Below, piece after piece: positions 21,057 to 31,355 of a DNA stretch of 64,000 bases (position 1 is its first letter; each line of letters opens with the position of its first letter). The stretch spans positions 256,001 through 320,000 of the forward strand of contig CAWFAK010000009.1 in assembly GCA_963813715.1 (NCBI GenBank), in the 5' to 3' direction. The position numbers and the translations under genes were made by a program. The stretch comes from an uncultured Planctomycetaceae bacterium (GTDB lineage: Bacteria > Planctomycetota > Planctomycetia > Planctomycetales > Planctomycetaceae). The notes beneath the pieces are model-generated. The model ran no database searches, was not told the DNA's origin, and was given only the letters and a program-made list of their open reading frames with translations.

Positions 21057-21194
21057 CGAGAAGCTCCTCGGCGGAGGGATCAGTCGGAACGGGCGGCGGC
21101 CAACGTCTGCATTTTCAAAGATCGAACCGCCGAATGCAAACGCCAGCGCCAAAGAGCCGCTAGAGCCGACGAGGGGCGACAAACGGCCGGACGC

Positions 21195-22913
21195 TTACTT
21201 CCGCGTCAGCAGCTTCTTGAATTCCTTGAACGGCCGCGTGTTGGCCACGTCTTTCTTTTCCAGGCCGGCCCGGCGGGCCTGGTAGACGCCGTATTGCATC
21301 AGGTCGAACCCCGTGACGCTGTGGCTGTCGGTGCTGATGACGATGGGAATGCCCAGGTCGCGGGCCGCCGCCGCATGCACGTCGTCGAGGTCGAGGCGGT
21401 TGGGGTGGGCATTGATCTCCATCATCGTGCCGTGATCGGCGGCCGCCTTCAGGATCTCGTCGAAGGCAACGTCGGCTCCGGGCCGCTTGCCGACGAGGCG
21501 TCCCGTCGGGTGGCCGATGCAATCGACATGCGGGTTGGTAATCGCTGTCAGCAGCCGCTTGGTGATCTGCTGTCGCGGCTGCTTGAGGCCGTAATGCAAC
21601 ACGGCCAGCACCCAGTCGGCTTCTGCGAGCACTTCGTCGTCGAGATCGAGCGTGGCGTCCTCGAGGATGTCGCACTCGATGCCGCAGAGCACCTCGATCC
21701 CCGAGACTTTCGCTCGAATTTTGGCGATCTCTTTCCAGTGCGCCCGCAGGCGAGTCGCATCGAGACCGTTGGCCATCGAGACCCGCTTGGAGTGATCGGT
21801 GATGGCAATGTATTCGAGGCCGCGCGCCTTGGCCGCGTCGATCATTTCCCGGATCGTCGCCGTCCCGTCGGTGACGGTCGTGTGCATGTGCAGATCGCCG
21901 CGGAGGTCGGACAGTTCGAGCAGATGCGGCAGGTCGCCGGCGGCCGCCCGCTCGATTTCGCCCCGGTTCTCCCGCAGCTCGGGCGGAATCCAGGGGAGAT
22001 CGACGGTCCGATAGACTTCTTCCTCCGTGCGGCCGGCTACCAGCGTATCGTCGCGAAAGACGCCGTATTCGTTCAGCTTGAGCCCGCGGTCGAGGGCCCG
22101 CCGCCGGATCACGATATTGTGCTCTTTCGACCCGGTGAAATACTGCATCGCCGCGCCGTACGACTCGTCCGGCACCACCCGCAGGTCCATTTCGATCCCC
22201 GAGCGCAGCCGCACCCGCTGCTTGGTCTCGCCGCGCGCCAGAACGCGCTCGACGAGCGGGTGGGCGGCCAGCTGGTCCATCGCCTCGGCCGAGTTCTTCG
22301 CCGTGGCTAGCACGTCGAGGTCGCCGACCGATTCCTTGAGACGGCGGCCGCTCCCCGCCAGGGTCGCCTGCGTCACCGACTTGAGTTTGAGCAGGTCCGC
22401 GACGATCGCGTCCGCCTCCGGCTTCACTTCGCCCAGCAAAAACCGCTTGCCCGCCGCGGACGCCTGTTCAATTCCGGCCAGGATCGTCTCTTCGGTCTTC
22501 TTGCCGAATCCCTTGAGCTTGGCGATCTGGCCCGATTGGGCGGCCTGCCGCAGATCGTCCAGCGATTGGATCGAGAGTTCTTTGAACAGTGTGGCAACCT
22601 TCTTCGGCCCCAAGCCGCCGATCCGCAGCATCGCGACGACGCCGGCCGGCACTTCTCGGCGAGCCTCTTCGAGCTGCGGCAACTGCCCGGTCTTGAGGAT
22701 GACGTCGATCTTGATCGCCAGGTCTTTGCCGATCCCCTGCAACTCTTCGAGCTTGCGCTCGGGGTCAGCAGCGATGTCGGCCAGAGATTCGGCCAGGTCG
22801 CCCAGCACGCGGGCCGCGTTGCGATAAGCCCGCACCCGGAACGGATTGGCCGCCTGAATTTCGAGGATGTCGGCGTAATCGTCGAACATCCGCGCGACTT
22901 CGGAGTTCTGCAT
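21195..22913 (-). CDS. polX: DNA polymerase X with PHP exonuclease domain
   Basis: [14 protein letters not shown]...[40 protein letters not shown]. Confidence 0.95.
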   Translation of the reverse strand: MQNSEVARMFDDYADILEIQAANPFRVRAYRNAARVLGDLAESLADIAADPERKLEELQGIGKDLAIKIDVILKTGQLPQLEEARREVPAGVVAMLRIGGLGPKKVATLFKELSIQSLDDLRQAAQSGQIAKLKGFGKKTEETILAGIEQASAAGKRFLLGEVKPEADAIVADLLKLKSVTQATLAGSGRRLKESVGDLDVLATAKNSAEAMDQLAAHPLVERVLARGETKQRVRLRSGIEMDLRVVPDESYGAAMQYFTGSKEHNIVIRRRALDRGLKLNEYGVFRDDTLVAGRTEEEVYRTVDLPWIPPELRENRGEIERAAAGDLPHLLELSDLRGDLHMHTTVTDGTATIREMIDAAKARGLEYIAITDHSKRVSMANGLDATRLRAHWKEIAKIRAKVSGIEVLCGIECDILEDATLDLDDEVLAEADWVLAVLHYGLKQPRQQITKRLLTAITNPHVDCIGHPTGRLVGKRPGADVAFDEILKAAADHGTMMEINAHPNRLDLDDVHAAAARDLGIPIVISTDSHSVTGFDLMQYGVYQARRAGLEKKDVANTRPFKEFKKLLTRK

Positions 22914-22952
22914 GATCCGGATCCGGAATCGAACAGCCCAATGCGATCCGCA

Positions 22953-23113
22953 GGCGAGCGGCGGGTGTCAGCCCGCCGGTTCTCATTTGCCGGTGCTTGT
23001 TTTAGACGAAAACGGGGCGCGCTGCACGCCCGGAGCACCGCAGGTTCGTAAATGTCCGACGCAACTCGCGAAGGCGCAAATCAGAACCGGTGGGCTTACA
23101 CCCGCCGCTCGCC
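22953..23113. repeat. Inverted REP doublet, copy 3
   Basis: Arms at 22953-22983 and 23083-23113 (TGTAAG loop). Confidence 0.9.
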
Positions 23114-24295
23114 ACGGAGTGCGCCGAGGATGCCGTCGGTGGCGACCTCGTCGAGTCCCAGCGACTGTTTCAACTGGCGATACGCTTCCAGCGCCGCCCC
23201 TGCGCTTGGTCCGTCGGTCGCGGGACGTCGCACGGCACGCAGCAGCAGGTTTTTGGCCGTGTGCTCGAGCTCGATGAATTCGACCACCTGCGTTTTGTAA
23301 CCACAGGCTTCGAGGGCCTGGGCACGCAGGGCGTCAGTCGCCAGGCTGGCGAATTGCGCATGCAAAATTCCCTGATGATGCAGGGGGTCCAGTTGGGGCA
23401 TGTGAATCTTGGGAGCCAGCTCGTGCTGGCAGCAGGGGACGGCCAGGATGACGGCCGCCCGCCAGGCAACGGCCCGGGCTAGCGCGTCGTCGGTGGCCGT
23501 GTCGCAGGCGTGCAGGGAGACGGCCAGATCGACCGTCCCCTCCTCGGGCTCGTCGCCGATCTCGCCCACGCGAAACTCGAGCCCCGGGCAGCCGAGCTTC
23601 GCGGCGATCCGCCGGCAATCAGCAATCACGTCGGCTCGGCGATCGAGCCCCAAAATGTGCACCGACCGACCGTGCACGCGAGTGAGCAGGTGATAGAGCG
23701 CGAACGTGAGATAACTTTTCCCGCTGCCGAAGTCGACGACGCGGAGCGTCCCGTCGGCGGGCAAATCCGGGATCACGTCGTTCACCAATTCGAGGAAGCG
23801 GTTGATCTGGCGGAACTTGGATTGCTTCGCGGCTTTCACCTTGCCGGCCGGAGTCATCACGCCGATTTCGACGAGAAAAGGCGTCGGCTCGTGCTCGGGC
23901 AAGAGGTGCGCCTTTGCGCGGTTGTGCTCGAGCGGAACGGGCGTCCGCGTGGGACGGCCGCTACGAACGCGCAGCCGACCATCGGCCACCACGGAAACTT
24001 CCCAGTCGGCGTCGAGGGTGAAAACGTGGGCGCGACCGTACGAAGAGCCCAGCAACTCGCGGATTCGCCCGCCGGTGGCTGCCGGTGCCAGGTTCTCGTG
24101 CGTCTCGCGTCCGTCGGTCCGCGCGGCCCACTGATAAACGAGGGTCCCCTTCACCGTCGTCGGCCGCACCGTGAACCGCTCGGGACCGTCGCCCGCCCGT
24201 CGCTGACTGAGCGTCGTTCCCAGGCACGAGCCGTCGGTCAGCGCGGCGTCAAGCCGCTCCCAAAACTCGGATTCGCTGGAGCCGTTGGCGGTCAT
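23096..24295 (-). CDS. SAM-dependent methyltransferase
   Basis: KFRQINRF; VDFGSGKSYLTF; SLHACDTATD; VPCCQHE; HTAKN. Confidence 0.85.
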   Translation of the reverse strand: MTANGSSESEFWERLDAALTDGSCLGTTLSQRRAGDGPERFTVRPTTVKGTLVYQWAARTDGRETHENLAPAATGGRIRELLGSSYGRAHVFTLDADWEVSVVADGRLRVRSGRPTRTPVPLEHNRAKAHLLPEHEPTPFLVEIGVMTPAGKVKAAKQSKFRQINRFLELVNDVIPDLPADGTLRVVDFGSGKSYLTFALYHLLTRVHGRSVHILGLDRRADVIADCRRIAAKLGCPGLEFRVGEIGDEPEEGTVDLAVSLHACDTATDDALARAVAWRAAVILAVPCCQHELAPKIHMPQLDPLHHQGILHAQFASLATDALRAQALEACGYKTQVVEFIELEHTAKNLLLRAVRRPATDGPSAGAALEAYRQLKQSLGLDEVATDGILGALRGERRV

Positions 24296-24918
24296 CGGCA
24301 AACCGCCTCGACGATCTCGTTCGCGAGGGCCGACATCTGCTTGTTGAACGCGGCGCGGTCGCCCAGCGGCTTGATCCGCAGCATGAGGTTGTTGGGGCGC
24401 CCCACAGCCCACCCCGCAAATGTCTGGCGAATCGTGCGGATCGACCGCCGCCCGAAGAAGAACGATCCGGGATGATCCATCAACAAGAGCGGCAGGCGAT
24501 GGCCGTCATCCGGGCCGAGCACGGGCAGCTCGTGCCGGGAAACTTCGACCCGCATCGGCGAGCGGTACGCGCCCAGCGCCACGCCGCCGCGAAGCAGTTG
24601 CAGCGGCGCCCGCAGCAAGGCCCGCGTCGTCGAACGCGAGCGCGGCGAACTGTCGGCGGAGACCATGCGAATCTGCTCGGCGAACTGCGGTAGGAAGAAC
24701 AGCCCCCCTCCCGTCGCGTAAAGCTGGCCTCGATCGGGCAACGTCGCCCGCGAGAGCCGGACCGGGCCGAGGACCGCAATCAACGGGCCGATCGCCGCGG
24801 CGAGTTCCTCGATCGTCGGGTCGCCGGTGCGCAAGTCGATCGGGTAATCGCACTGCGGGCATTGCTCGGCGATCGGTTCGACCCAAGACAAGCATTGCTG
24901 GCACAAGACGAGCGCCAT
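24292..24918 (-). CDS. Hypothetical protein with N-terminal zinc ribbon
   Basis: CQQC-x10-CPQC; ATGA overlap with the methyltransferase start. Confidence 0.6.
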   Translation of the reverse strand: MALVLCQQCLSWVEPIAEQCPQCDYPIDLRTGDPTIEELAAAIGPLIAVLGPVRLSRATLPDRGQLYATGGGLFFLPQFAEQIRMVSADSSPRSRSTTRALLRAPLQLLRGGVALGAYRSPMRVEVSRHELPVLGPDDGHRLPLLLMDHPGSFFFGRRSIRTIRQTFAGWAVGRPNNLMLRIKPLGDRAAFNKQMSALANEIVEAVCR

Positions 24919-24980
24919 AGCATTGTCTCTTCTAACCACCCTTCTTGAGCATGGCAACGCCGAGTTTTCAGGGGACGCTC

Positions 24981-25150
24981 ATGGACAAAAAACAAAAGAA
25001 ACAGCTCGACGCCGCCAAGACGCGGATGCAGAAATTGCGCCAACTGCTGGCCGGCGCCGCGATCAGCCGGACGATCCGCAAGAGATCACCCGTCTCAAGC
25101 AAGAAATTGCCGAGGTGGAGGCCCAGATTCATAAGCTGCACGCAAACTGA
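24981..25150 (+). CDS. Small coiled-coil protein (one frameshift)
   Basis: [26 protein letters not shown] + [26 protein letters not shown]. Confidence 0.55.
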
Positions 25151-25254
25151 AGGTTTCGTCACCGGCTCCTTGCTTCGCCCGACCAGCGCCCGCCGGACAG
25201 CCTCGGCGCACCCGAAATCGTGTTGTCACCGGCGCCTTTAAGGGAATCGGCTCC

Positions 25255-25722
25255 GTGGCCGGCTCGTTTCCGCCGACGATCATCATCGTTCACCCTCGCG
25301 AGAAGCGCTCGAAATGCACGGTCGAGTCGCTTCGGGGCCGCGACGGCTTTGCCTTTTGGACTTTTCCTGACCGCGGGCCCGAGCCGCTCGACGGCTATGT
25401 ACGGCTGGCCATGGAGGGCCCGGTGATTTCTGCTGCCGATGCCGACCGGGGCTTGCTCTTGCTCGACGGCACCTGGCGACTGGCTCAGCGGATGGAAAAA
25501 TTCTTTCGCGAGCTGCCGACCCGCAGCCTGCCGCCGATCCAGACCGCCTATCCCCGGATGTCGCGAATCAAACCCGATCCGGCAGGGGGCCTGGCGACCG
25601 TCGAGGCACTGTACGCGGCCTACCGACGATTGGGCCGAGCGTGCGACGGCCTGCTCGACGATTACCACTGGGCCGATCAATTCGTCGCCACGAACGAATG
25701 GGCGTGGTCCGCGACGACGTGA
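25255..25722 (+). CDS. Tsr3/DUF367-like (DTW-type) putative RNA aminocarboxypropyltransferase
   Basis: [31 protein letters not shown]...[12 protein letters not shown]. Confidence 0.6.
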   Translation: MAGSFPPTIIIVHPREKRSKCTVESLRGRDGFAFWTFPDRGPEPLDGYVRLAMEGPVISAADADRGLLLLDGTWRLAQRMEKFFRELPTRSLPPIQTAYPRMSRIKPDPAGGLATVEALYAAYRRLGRACDGLLDDYHWADQFVATNEWAWSATT

Positions 25723-25936
25723 AGGCGAAGGCCTTCCCAGGGGCGATGTGGGAGATTCACCCACAGTAATTTCAGAATGCTGCGTGCAGACTCTCGGGCA
25801 CGGGGCGCGTACAGATGATTGTTCGCTCGCGCGGTCGCGCCGGACACTGTCGAATTGCTCGGCAAAGGGCATGAGGCGGCCGTGCGCGACGCGTGTCGCA
25901 TCGGTGCGAGCAGGAGAAGGAAAGAGATCGGAGCTC

Positions 25937-26173
25937 ATGAGTACGGACATCTCGCCCCAGGCTGAACGACATTGGGAAACCCTCGTTCGAGCCGATCTGC
26001 GGCTAGCCCCCTACACGGAGCTGGCGCGCGTGACTTGCACACTGCGAGACGGCGTGCTGACTCTCAACGGGTGTGTTTCCTCGTATTACCTCAAGCAGAT
26101 CGCCCAGCGGATCGTTCTTGACCGGCTCGAGAGAAGGGCAACCGTCGTCAACGAGCTGGAGGTCGAATCCTAA
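25937..26173 (+). CDS. BON-domain protein
   Basis: GVLTLNGCVSSYYLKQIAQ...VVNELEV. Confidence 0.75.
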   Translation: MSTDISPQAERHWETLVRADLRLAPYTELARVTCTLRDGVLTLNGCVSSYYLKQIAQRIVLDRLERRATVVNELEVES

Positions 26174-26239
26174 CACGCCGGAGTGTGGCCGCAGTCGACG
26201 CGAACGAAGCGGCGGACGGCCAAAATCAGGAAACCTGCG

Positions 26240-26455
26240 ATGCTGATCTTACGACGAAAAATCGGTGAAAGAATTGTCATCGACGGGCAAATCGAAGTGA
26301 CCGTGCTGCATGTCCAAGGCGGAAAAGTGCGATTAGGTTTTACCGCGCCGCGCCATGTGCGCGTGCTGCGGCAAGAGGTGCTGCGGGCGTCGACAGACAG
26401 CGCGATCTCCGATCCGACCGCTGCGGCTGTTGAAGTGGAAGCGTCGGTCACGTAA
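26240..26455 (+). CDS. csrA: Carbon storage regulator
   Basis: MLILRRKIGERIVIDGQIEVTVL.VQGGKVRLGFTAP..V.VLRQEV. Confidence 0.9.
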   Translation: MLILRRKIGERIVIDGQIEVTVLHVQGGKVRLGFTAPRHVRVLRQEVLRASTDSAISDPTAAAVEVEASVT

Positions 26456-26694
26456 AGCCCGCCGGCCCGGACGCGTGGCGGAAGGAGGATGCTTCAGTCC
26501 CGGATTTCCCTGCGCCATTGCCCGGCACCATTTCCCGTTGCGAGTTTCCATTTCTGATTTCTCATCGCACGCTTTCGTCCCCCTGCTCTGCGGTTAAAAT
26601 GCGAGATGCATCGACCCGGATGAGCGACTGCGAGTCTCAGGCCGCGAACAGGCGGAACGCTCACGAACTGCCGGAAGCGGAAGAGGTAGTTGCC

Positions 26695-27408
26695 ATGAGT
26701 ACCACGGCCACACGCAAGCAGCCCACCGTTCGCCGCCAAAAACATGTCGAGCCCGCCCAGGACCGGGCCAAGGTGCTGTTGGTCGATGACCACGAGATGC
26801 TCCGGCAGGGCATGCGGCTGCTCATCGAGCAGCAGAAAGATCTGCAAGTCTGTGGAGAAGCCACGGACGAGATCTCGGCCGTCAAGCAGTTTCGCGCCGC
26901 GGAACCCGACTTGGTAATTGTCGATCTGAGCCTCAAGGAGGGGGACGGGATCGAGCTCATCAAGCGGATCAAGCTGCTCGACCCTGAGGCCCGCATGCTC
27001 GTCTATTCGATGCATGACGAGCGCGTTTACGGAGAGCGGGCTCTCCGCGCCGGTGCGAAGGGTTACGTCAGCAAGCAGCAGCCCGCGCGAGCCGTGCTGC
27101 AGGCGATTCGCCGGGTGCTGGCCGGCTCGATGCACTTCAGCGGCGAGATGACGCAGCGACTGCTCGAGCGGGCGGCCGCCAGCGAGCCAATGAGTCCCGC
27201 ATCGCCGGTGGAAAGTCTCTCCGACCGGGAACTGGAAGTTTTCGAGATGATCGGCCGCGGTTTGACGACCCGTTCGATCGCGGCCAGTTTGCACTTGAGC
27301 CCGCGCACGGTCGACACATATCGGGAACGTCTCAAGATCAAACTGGCGCTGGCCAACTCGGCCGAATTGCATTACCGGGCCGTCCAATGGGTGCTCAAGG
27401 GGACTTGA
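26695..27408 (+). CDS. NarL/LuxR-family response regulator
   Basis: VLLVDDHEMLRQG; PDLVIVD; GAKGYVSK; LSDRELEVF HTH. Confidence 0.92.
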   Translation: MSTTATRKQPTVRRQKHVEPAQDRAKVLLVDDHEMLRQGMRLLIEQQKDLQVCGEATDEISAVKQFRAAEPDLVIVDLSLKEGDGIELIKRIKLLDPEARMLVYSMHDERVYGERALRAGAKGYVSKQQPARAVLQAIRRVLAGSMHFSGEMTQRLLERAAASEPMSPASPVESLSDRELEVFEMIGRGLTTRSIAASLHLSPRTVDTYRERLKIKLALANSAELHYRAVQWVLKGT

Positions 27409-27414
27409 AGCCGG

Positions 27415-28104
27415 ATGTCGAAAGAGCAGTGGACGGCGGTTGATCAATACCTGAGCGAAACTCTCGTGGCACCAGACGCCGCGCTCGACGCGGCGCTCGC
27501 GGACAGCAACGCGGCCGGTTTGCCCGCCATCAACGTCACGCCCCACCTGGGGAAATTCCTGTACCTCTTGGCCCGGATGCAAGGGGCGAAGAACATTCTC
27601 GAGATCGGCACGCTCGGCGGCTACAGCACGATCTGGCTGGCGCGGGCCCTGACCCCCGGCGGACGGCTGATCACCCTCGAAGTCGATCCGAAGCATGCTC
27701 AGGTGGCGCGGAAGAACGTCGCGCGGGCCGGCGTAGCTGATGTCGTCGATTTGCGGCTCGGCCGGGCCATCGATCTGTTGCCCGGCGTGGCCGCCGACAT
27801 GCGAGCCCCGTTCGACTTGATCTTCATCGACGCCGATAAGCCGAGCAATCCGGACTACTTCTCCCAGTCGCTGGAGCTGTCGCGGGTCGGGACGATCATC
27901 ATCATCGACAACGTCATTCGCAACGGCGCCGTCATCGATGAGCACAGCACCGACACCAGCGTGCAGGGAGTCCGCCGGATGAACAAAATGCTGGCCGCCG
28001 ACCCGCGGGTGACGGCGACGGCGTTGCAAACGGTCGGCAGCAAAGGCTACGACGGTTTCGCGATGGTGCTAGTGACCTCGGACCCGAAGCAGCCGGCCCG
28101 ATGA
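27415..28104 (+). CDS. O-methyltransferase (caffeoyl-CoA OMT-like)
   Basis: ILEIGTLGGYST; FDLIFIDADK; IIDNV; KGYDG. Confidence 0.9.
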   Translation: MSKEQWTAVDQYLSETLVAPDAALDAALADSNAAGLPAINVTPHLGKFLYLLARMQGAKNILEIGTLGGYSTIWLARALTPGGRLITLEVDPKHAQVARKNVARAGVADVVDLRLGRAIDLLPGVAADMRAPFDLIFIDADKPSNPDYFSQSLELSRVGTIIIIDNVIRNGAVIDEHSTDTSVQGVRRMNKMLAADPRVTATALQTVGSKGYDGFAMVLVTSDPKQPAR

Positions 28105-28586
28105 CTGGTCAACCAGTGTTGAGTCAGCTGCGCGACTGGCTGACGTCTCAAAGTGTGACGTTTCGCGAAGTCCACCATGAGCCGACGACGACCTCCGAAC
28201 AGTCGGCTCGCGCCCGCGGCGAAGAGCTGCGCGTCGGCGGCAAGGCCCTCTTGATGAAGGGGGACGACGACCAGTTTCGCCTCTTCGTCCTGCCGGCCGA
28301 CCGCAAAGTCGATTCGAGCACCCTCCGGCAGAAGTTCGGCTTCAAGAAACTGCGGTTCGCCACGCCGGAAGAATTGAAGGCGGCGACCGGCCTGGTCCCC
28401 GGTTCGGTCCCGCCGTTCGGCCGTCCGATCCTGCCCTTCGACCTCTACGTCGATGCGGCCATTCGCGCGAACGATCGCATCGCGTTCAACGCCGGGTCGC
28501 TCACTGACTCGATGATCGTGCCGATGGCCGATTATTTGCGCGTGGCGGCGCCGACCGAGTGTTTCGCGTTCTCCGTCGAGCCCTGA
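28101..28586 (+). CDS. YbaK/ProX aminoacyl-tRNA editing domain protein
   Basis: GKALL; LRFAT; GSVPPFG; FNAG. Confidence 0.85.
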   Translation: MTGQPVLSQLRDWLTSQSVTFREVHHEPTTTSEQSARARGEELRVGGKALLMKGDDDQFRLFVLPADRKVDSSTLRQKFGFKKLRFATPEELKAATGLVPGSVPPFGRPILPFDLYVDAAIRANDRIAFNAGSLTDSMIVPMADYLRVAAPTECFAFSVEP

Positions 28587-28670
28587 CCCGTCGTCAGCCT
28601 CATCGGTTGCGGAGCAGTCGATCTTGTTGGCCGGGTCGGCGGGGTCTATCCTTTGGAGAGGAGGAGCAAG

Positions 28671-29726
28671 ATGGGAATCGACCGAAGACAGTTTCTTGCG
28701 GAGGCAGCGGGACTGTTGGCGTTGTCGGCCGTTGACCCGGCCGGCGTTGCCCTGGGGGGGCCCGTTTCCCTTAAGGATCCCAAGGTCAACGACGCGGTCA
28801 AGCGCGGCCTCGACTTTCTCGCCCGCGAACAGCGCCGCCAGGGTTATTGGGAAGCGACGGGCGGCCAATATCGCGTGGCCATGACCGCGCTGGCCGCCAA
28901 TGCCCTGGCCTGCGAAGGGTCGACCACCACGCGCGGCAAGTATGCCGAGAACATTAAACTCGCCGTCGACTATCTCATCGAGCTGTCCAATCCCGAAACG
29001 GGGCTCATCGGCTACAGCCGCGATTACCACTACACCTACGGCCACGGCTTCGCGATGCTCTTCCTCTCGCAAATCTTCGGCGAGGAGGAGGATCTCCAGC
29101 GGCGACAGGACTTGCGGCGGGTGCTGACCAAGGCGGTCGATTTCAGCGTCGGAGCGCAGACGCCGGCCGGCGGTTGGGGCTACGTCTCCCACAAGGACCA
29201 GCCCGATTTCGACGAAGGCTCAACCTGCATCACGCAGGTGCAGGGGCTCCGCGGCTGTCGCAACGCGGGCATCCCGGTGCCGCAGCAATCGATCAAGGCG
29301 GCCGTCGAATACATCAAACGCTGCACGGCTTCCGACGGCGGCGTGCAGTACAGCATCCGCGGCGGGGGCACGCGACCCGCGATTACCGCGGCCGCCATCG
29401 CCTGCCTGTTCAACGCGGGCGAGTACGACAACGAATACGTGAAGAAGCTGCTCGACTACTGCGACAAAAACGTCTGGCCCGGCAGCTCGGCCACCCGTTA
29501 CTTCGGCCACTGGCACTACTCCCACTACTATTTCTCGCAGGTCATGTATCGCCTGGGTGACGAGAAGTGGAAGAAGTACTTCGACTGGGTGAGCAAAGAG
29601 ATCGTGCTCAAACAATCGGCGTCCGGCGCGTGGAAGGAAGGCCCCTACGGCCCCGTCTACCCGACGTCGATCAACCTCACGATCCTGCAGATGGACAACG
29701 GCTTCCTGCCGATCTACCAGCGCTGA
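28671..29726 (+). CDS. Prenyltransferase/squalene-oxidase repeat protein with Tat-like signal
   Basis: DRRQFL signal; QW-type repeats EQRRQGYW, AQTPAGGWGY, KQSASGAW. Confidence 0.8.
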   Translation: MGIDRRQFLAEAAGLLALSAVDPAGVALGGPVSLKDPKVNDAVKRGLDFLAREQRRQGYWEATGGQYRVAMTALAANALACEGSTTTRGKYAENIKLAVDYLIELSNPETGLIGYSRDYHYTYGHGFAMLFLSQIFGEEEDLQRRQDLRRVLTKAVDFSVGAQTPAGGWGYVSHKDQPDFDEGSTCITQVQGLRGCRNAGIPVPQQSIKAAVEYIKRCTASDGGVQYSIRGGGTRPAITAAAIACLFNAGEYDNEYVKKLLDYCDKNVWPGSSATRYFGHWHYSHYYFSQVMYRLGDEKWKKYFDWVSKEIVLKQSASGAWKEGPYGPVYPTSINLTILQMDNGFLPIYQR

Positions 29727-29766
29727 ACTGAACCGTTAAGCGCGCAGCGGCATTGTGCTTCCTTCG

Positions 29767-31214
29767 TCATGCGTGCTTCGTGCTTTTCGCAGCATGCAGC
29801 CAGTCGGTGTGAAACGTTCCTGGCTTGTCGACGCGCTGGTACGTGTGCGCGCCGAAGTAGTCTCGCTGGGCCTGCAACAAGTTGGCCGGCAGGCGATCGC
29901 GGCGATACGCGTCGTAATAGCTCAGCGCGGCGGAGAATCCGGGCACGGGCAGCCCCAGCTCGACGGCCGTGGTCACCACCCGTCGCCAGCTCGGCTGGGC
30001 CGCCGTGGTCGCCTTGCGGAAGAAGTCGTCCAGCAGCAGGTTCTCGAGGCCCGGCGTTTTGTCGAACGCCGTCTTGATGTCTTCCAGGAAGCGAGCGCGA
30101 ATGATGCAGCCGCCCCGCCACAAGAGGGCGATCTGCCCGTTGTTGAGCTTCCAGCCCAACTCCTTCGCGGCCGCGTCCAGCTGCACAAAGCCCTGCGCGT
30201 AGCTGGAAATCTTGGAGACATAGAGCGCCTGCCGCACGTCTTCGATGAACGCCTGCTTGTCGCCGCGAAATGAACTCTGCGGGCCGGTGAGCACCTTCGA
30301 CGCCCGGACGCGGGCCTCTTTCTGAGCGGACAGGCAGCGGGCGAAGACCGCCTCGGTGACCAGCGTGGTCGGCACGCCCAGGTCGAGGGCGTGCTGGCTC
30401 ATCCATTTGCCGGTCCCTTTCTGCTGGGCCGTATCGAGAATTTTGTCGACGAGCGAATCCCCTCCATTCGCCGTCCTTGACGCTGAAGATGTCGCGGGTG
30501 ATCTCGATCAAGTAGCTTTCCAGCTCCGTCCGGTTCCACGCATCGAAGACGTCGTACAGCTCGTCGTTGCCGAGGCCCAGCGCGTGCTTGAGCAGAAAGT
30601 AGGCCTCGCAGATCAGCTGCATGTCGCCGTATTCGATGCCGTTGTGGATCATTTTGACGTAGTGGCCCGAGCCCCCCTCGCCGATCCACTCGCAGCAGGG
30701 CATATCCGCCTTGGGCCCGACCTTGGCGGCGATCGCCTGAAAAATGGTCTTGATGTGCGGCCATGCGGCGCTCGTGCCGCCCGGCATGATGCTCGGCCCC
30801 TTGAGCGCCCCCTCTTCGCCGCCGGAGACGCCGGTGCCGACGTAGAGCAGGCCCTTGGCTTCCGCCTGCTTCGACGCGCCGCTCGGTGTCGGGAAAGTGC
30901 GTGTTGCCGCCGTCGATCAGGATGTCGCCGCGGCTCAAGTGCGGCTCGAGCTCGCCCAACAACTCGTCGACGGCCGGACCCGCTTTGACCATCATCATGA
31001 TCTTGCGCGGCGACTTGAGGCTGGCGATCAACTCCGGCAGCGAGTGATAGCCGTGGATCGACTTGCCCTTGGCGGGACCGGCGAGAAACTCGTCGACCTT
31101 GCTGGTCGTGCGATTGAACACGCCGACCGAGAAGCCGCGGTTGGCCATGTTGAGGACAAGATTCTGCCCCATCACGGCCAGGCCGATCAGGCCGATGTCA
31201 TTTTGCTCTGCCAT
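29767..31214 (-). CDS. gnd: 6-phosphogluconate dehydrogenase, decarboxylating (two frameshifts)
   Basis: [50 protein letters not shown]. Confidence 0.95.
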
Positions 31215-31238
31215 CCCGCGCTCCCTTGTTTGCGTCCC

Positions 31239-31352
31239 GGCGAGCGGCGGGTGTCAGCCCGCCGGTTCTTGAGAATCTAATATCGAGACCGCTTTCGACG
31301 TCTTTCAAATTCAAAAATTCAGGAACCGGCGGGCTGACACCCGCCGCTCGCC
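31239..31352. repeat. Inverted REP doublet, copy 4
   Basis: Arms at 31239-31269 and 31322-31352. Confidence 0.9.
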
Positions 31353-31355
31353 AAA

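Noticed and set aside
17..31352. 31-bp palindromic repeats with unique spacers as a CRISPR array
   Set aside because: Units are inverted pairs dispersed over 31 kb rather than tandem direct repeats, spacer lengths vary from 52 to 99 bp, and no cas genes are present
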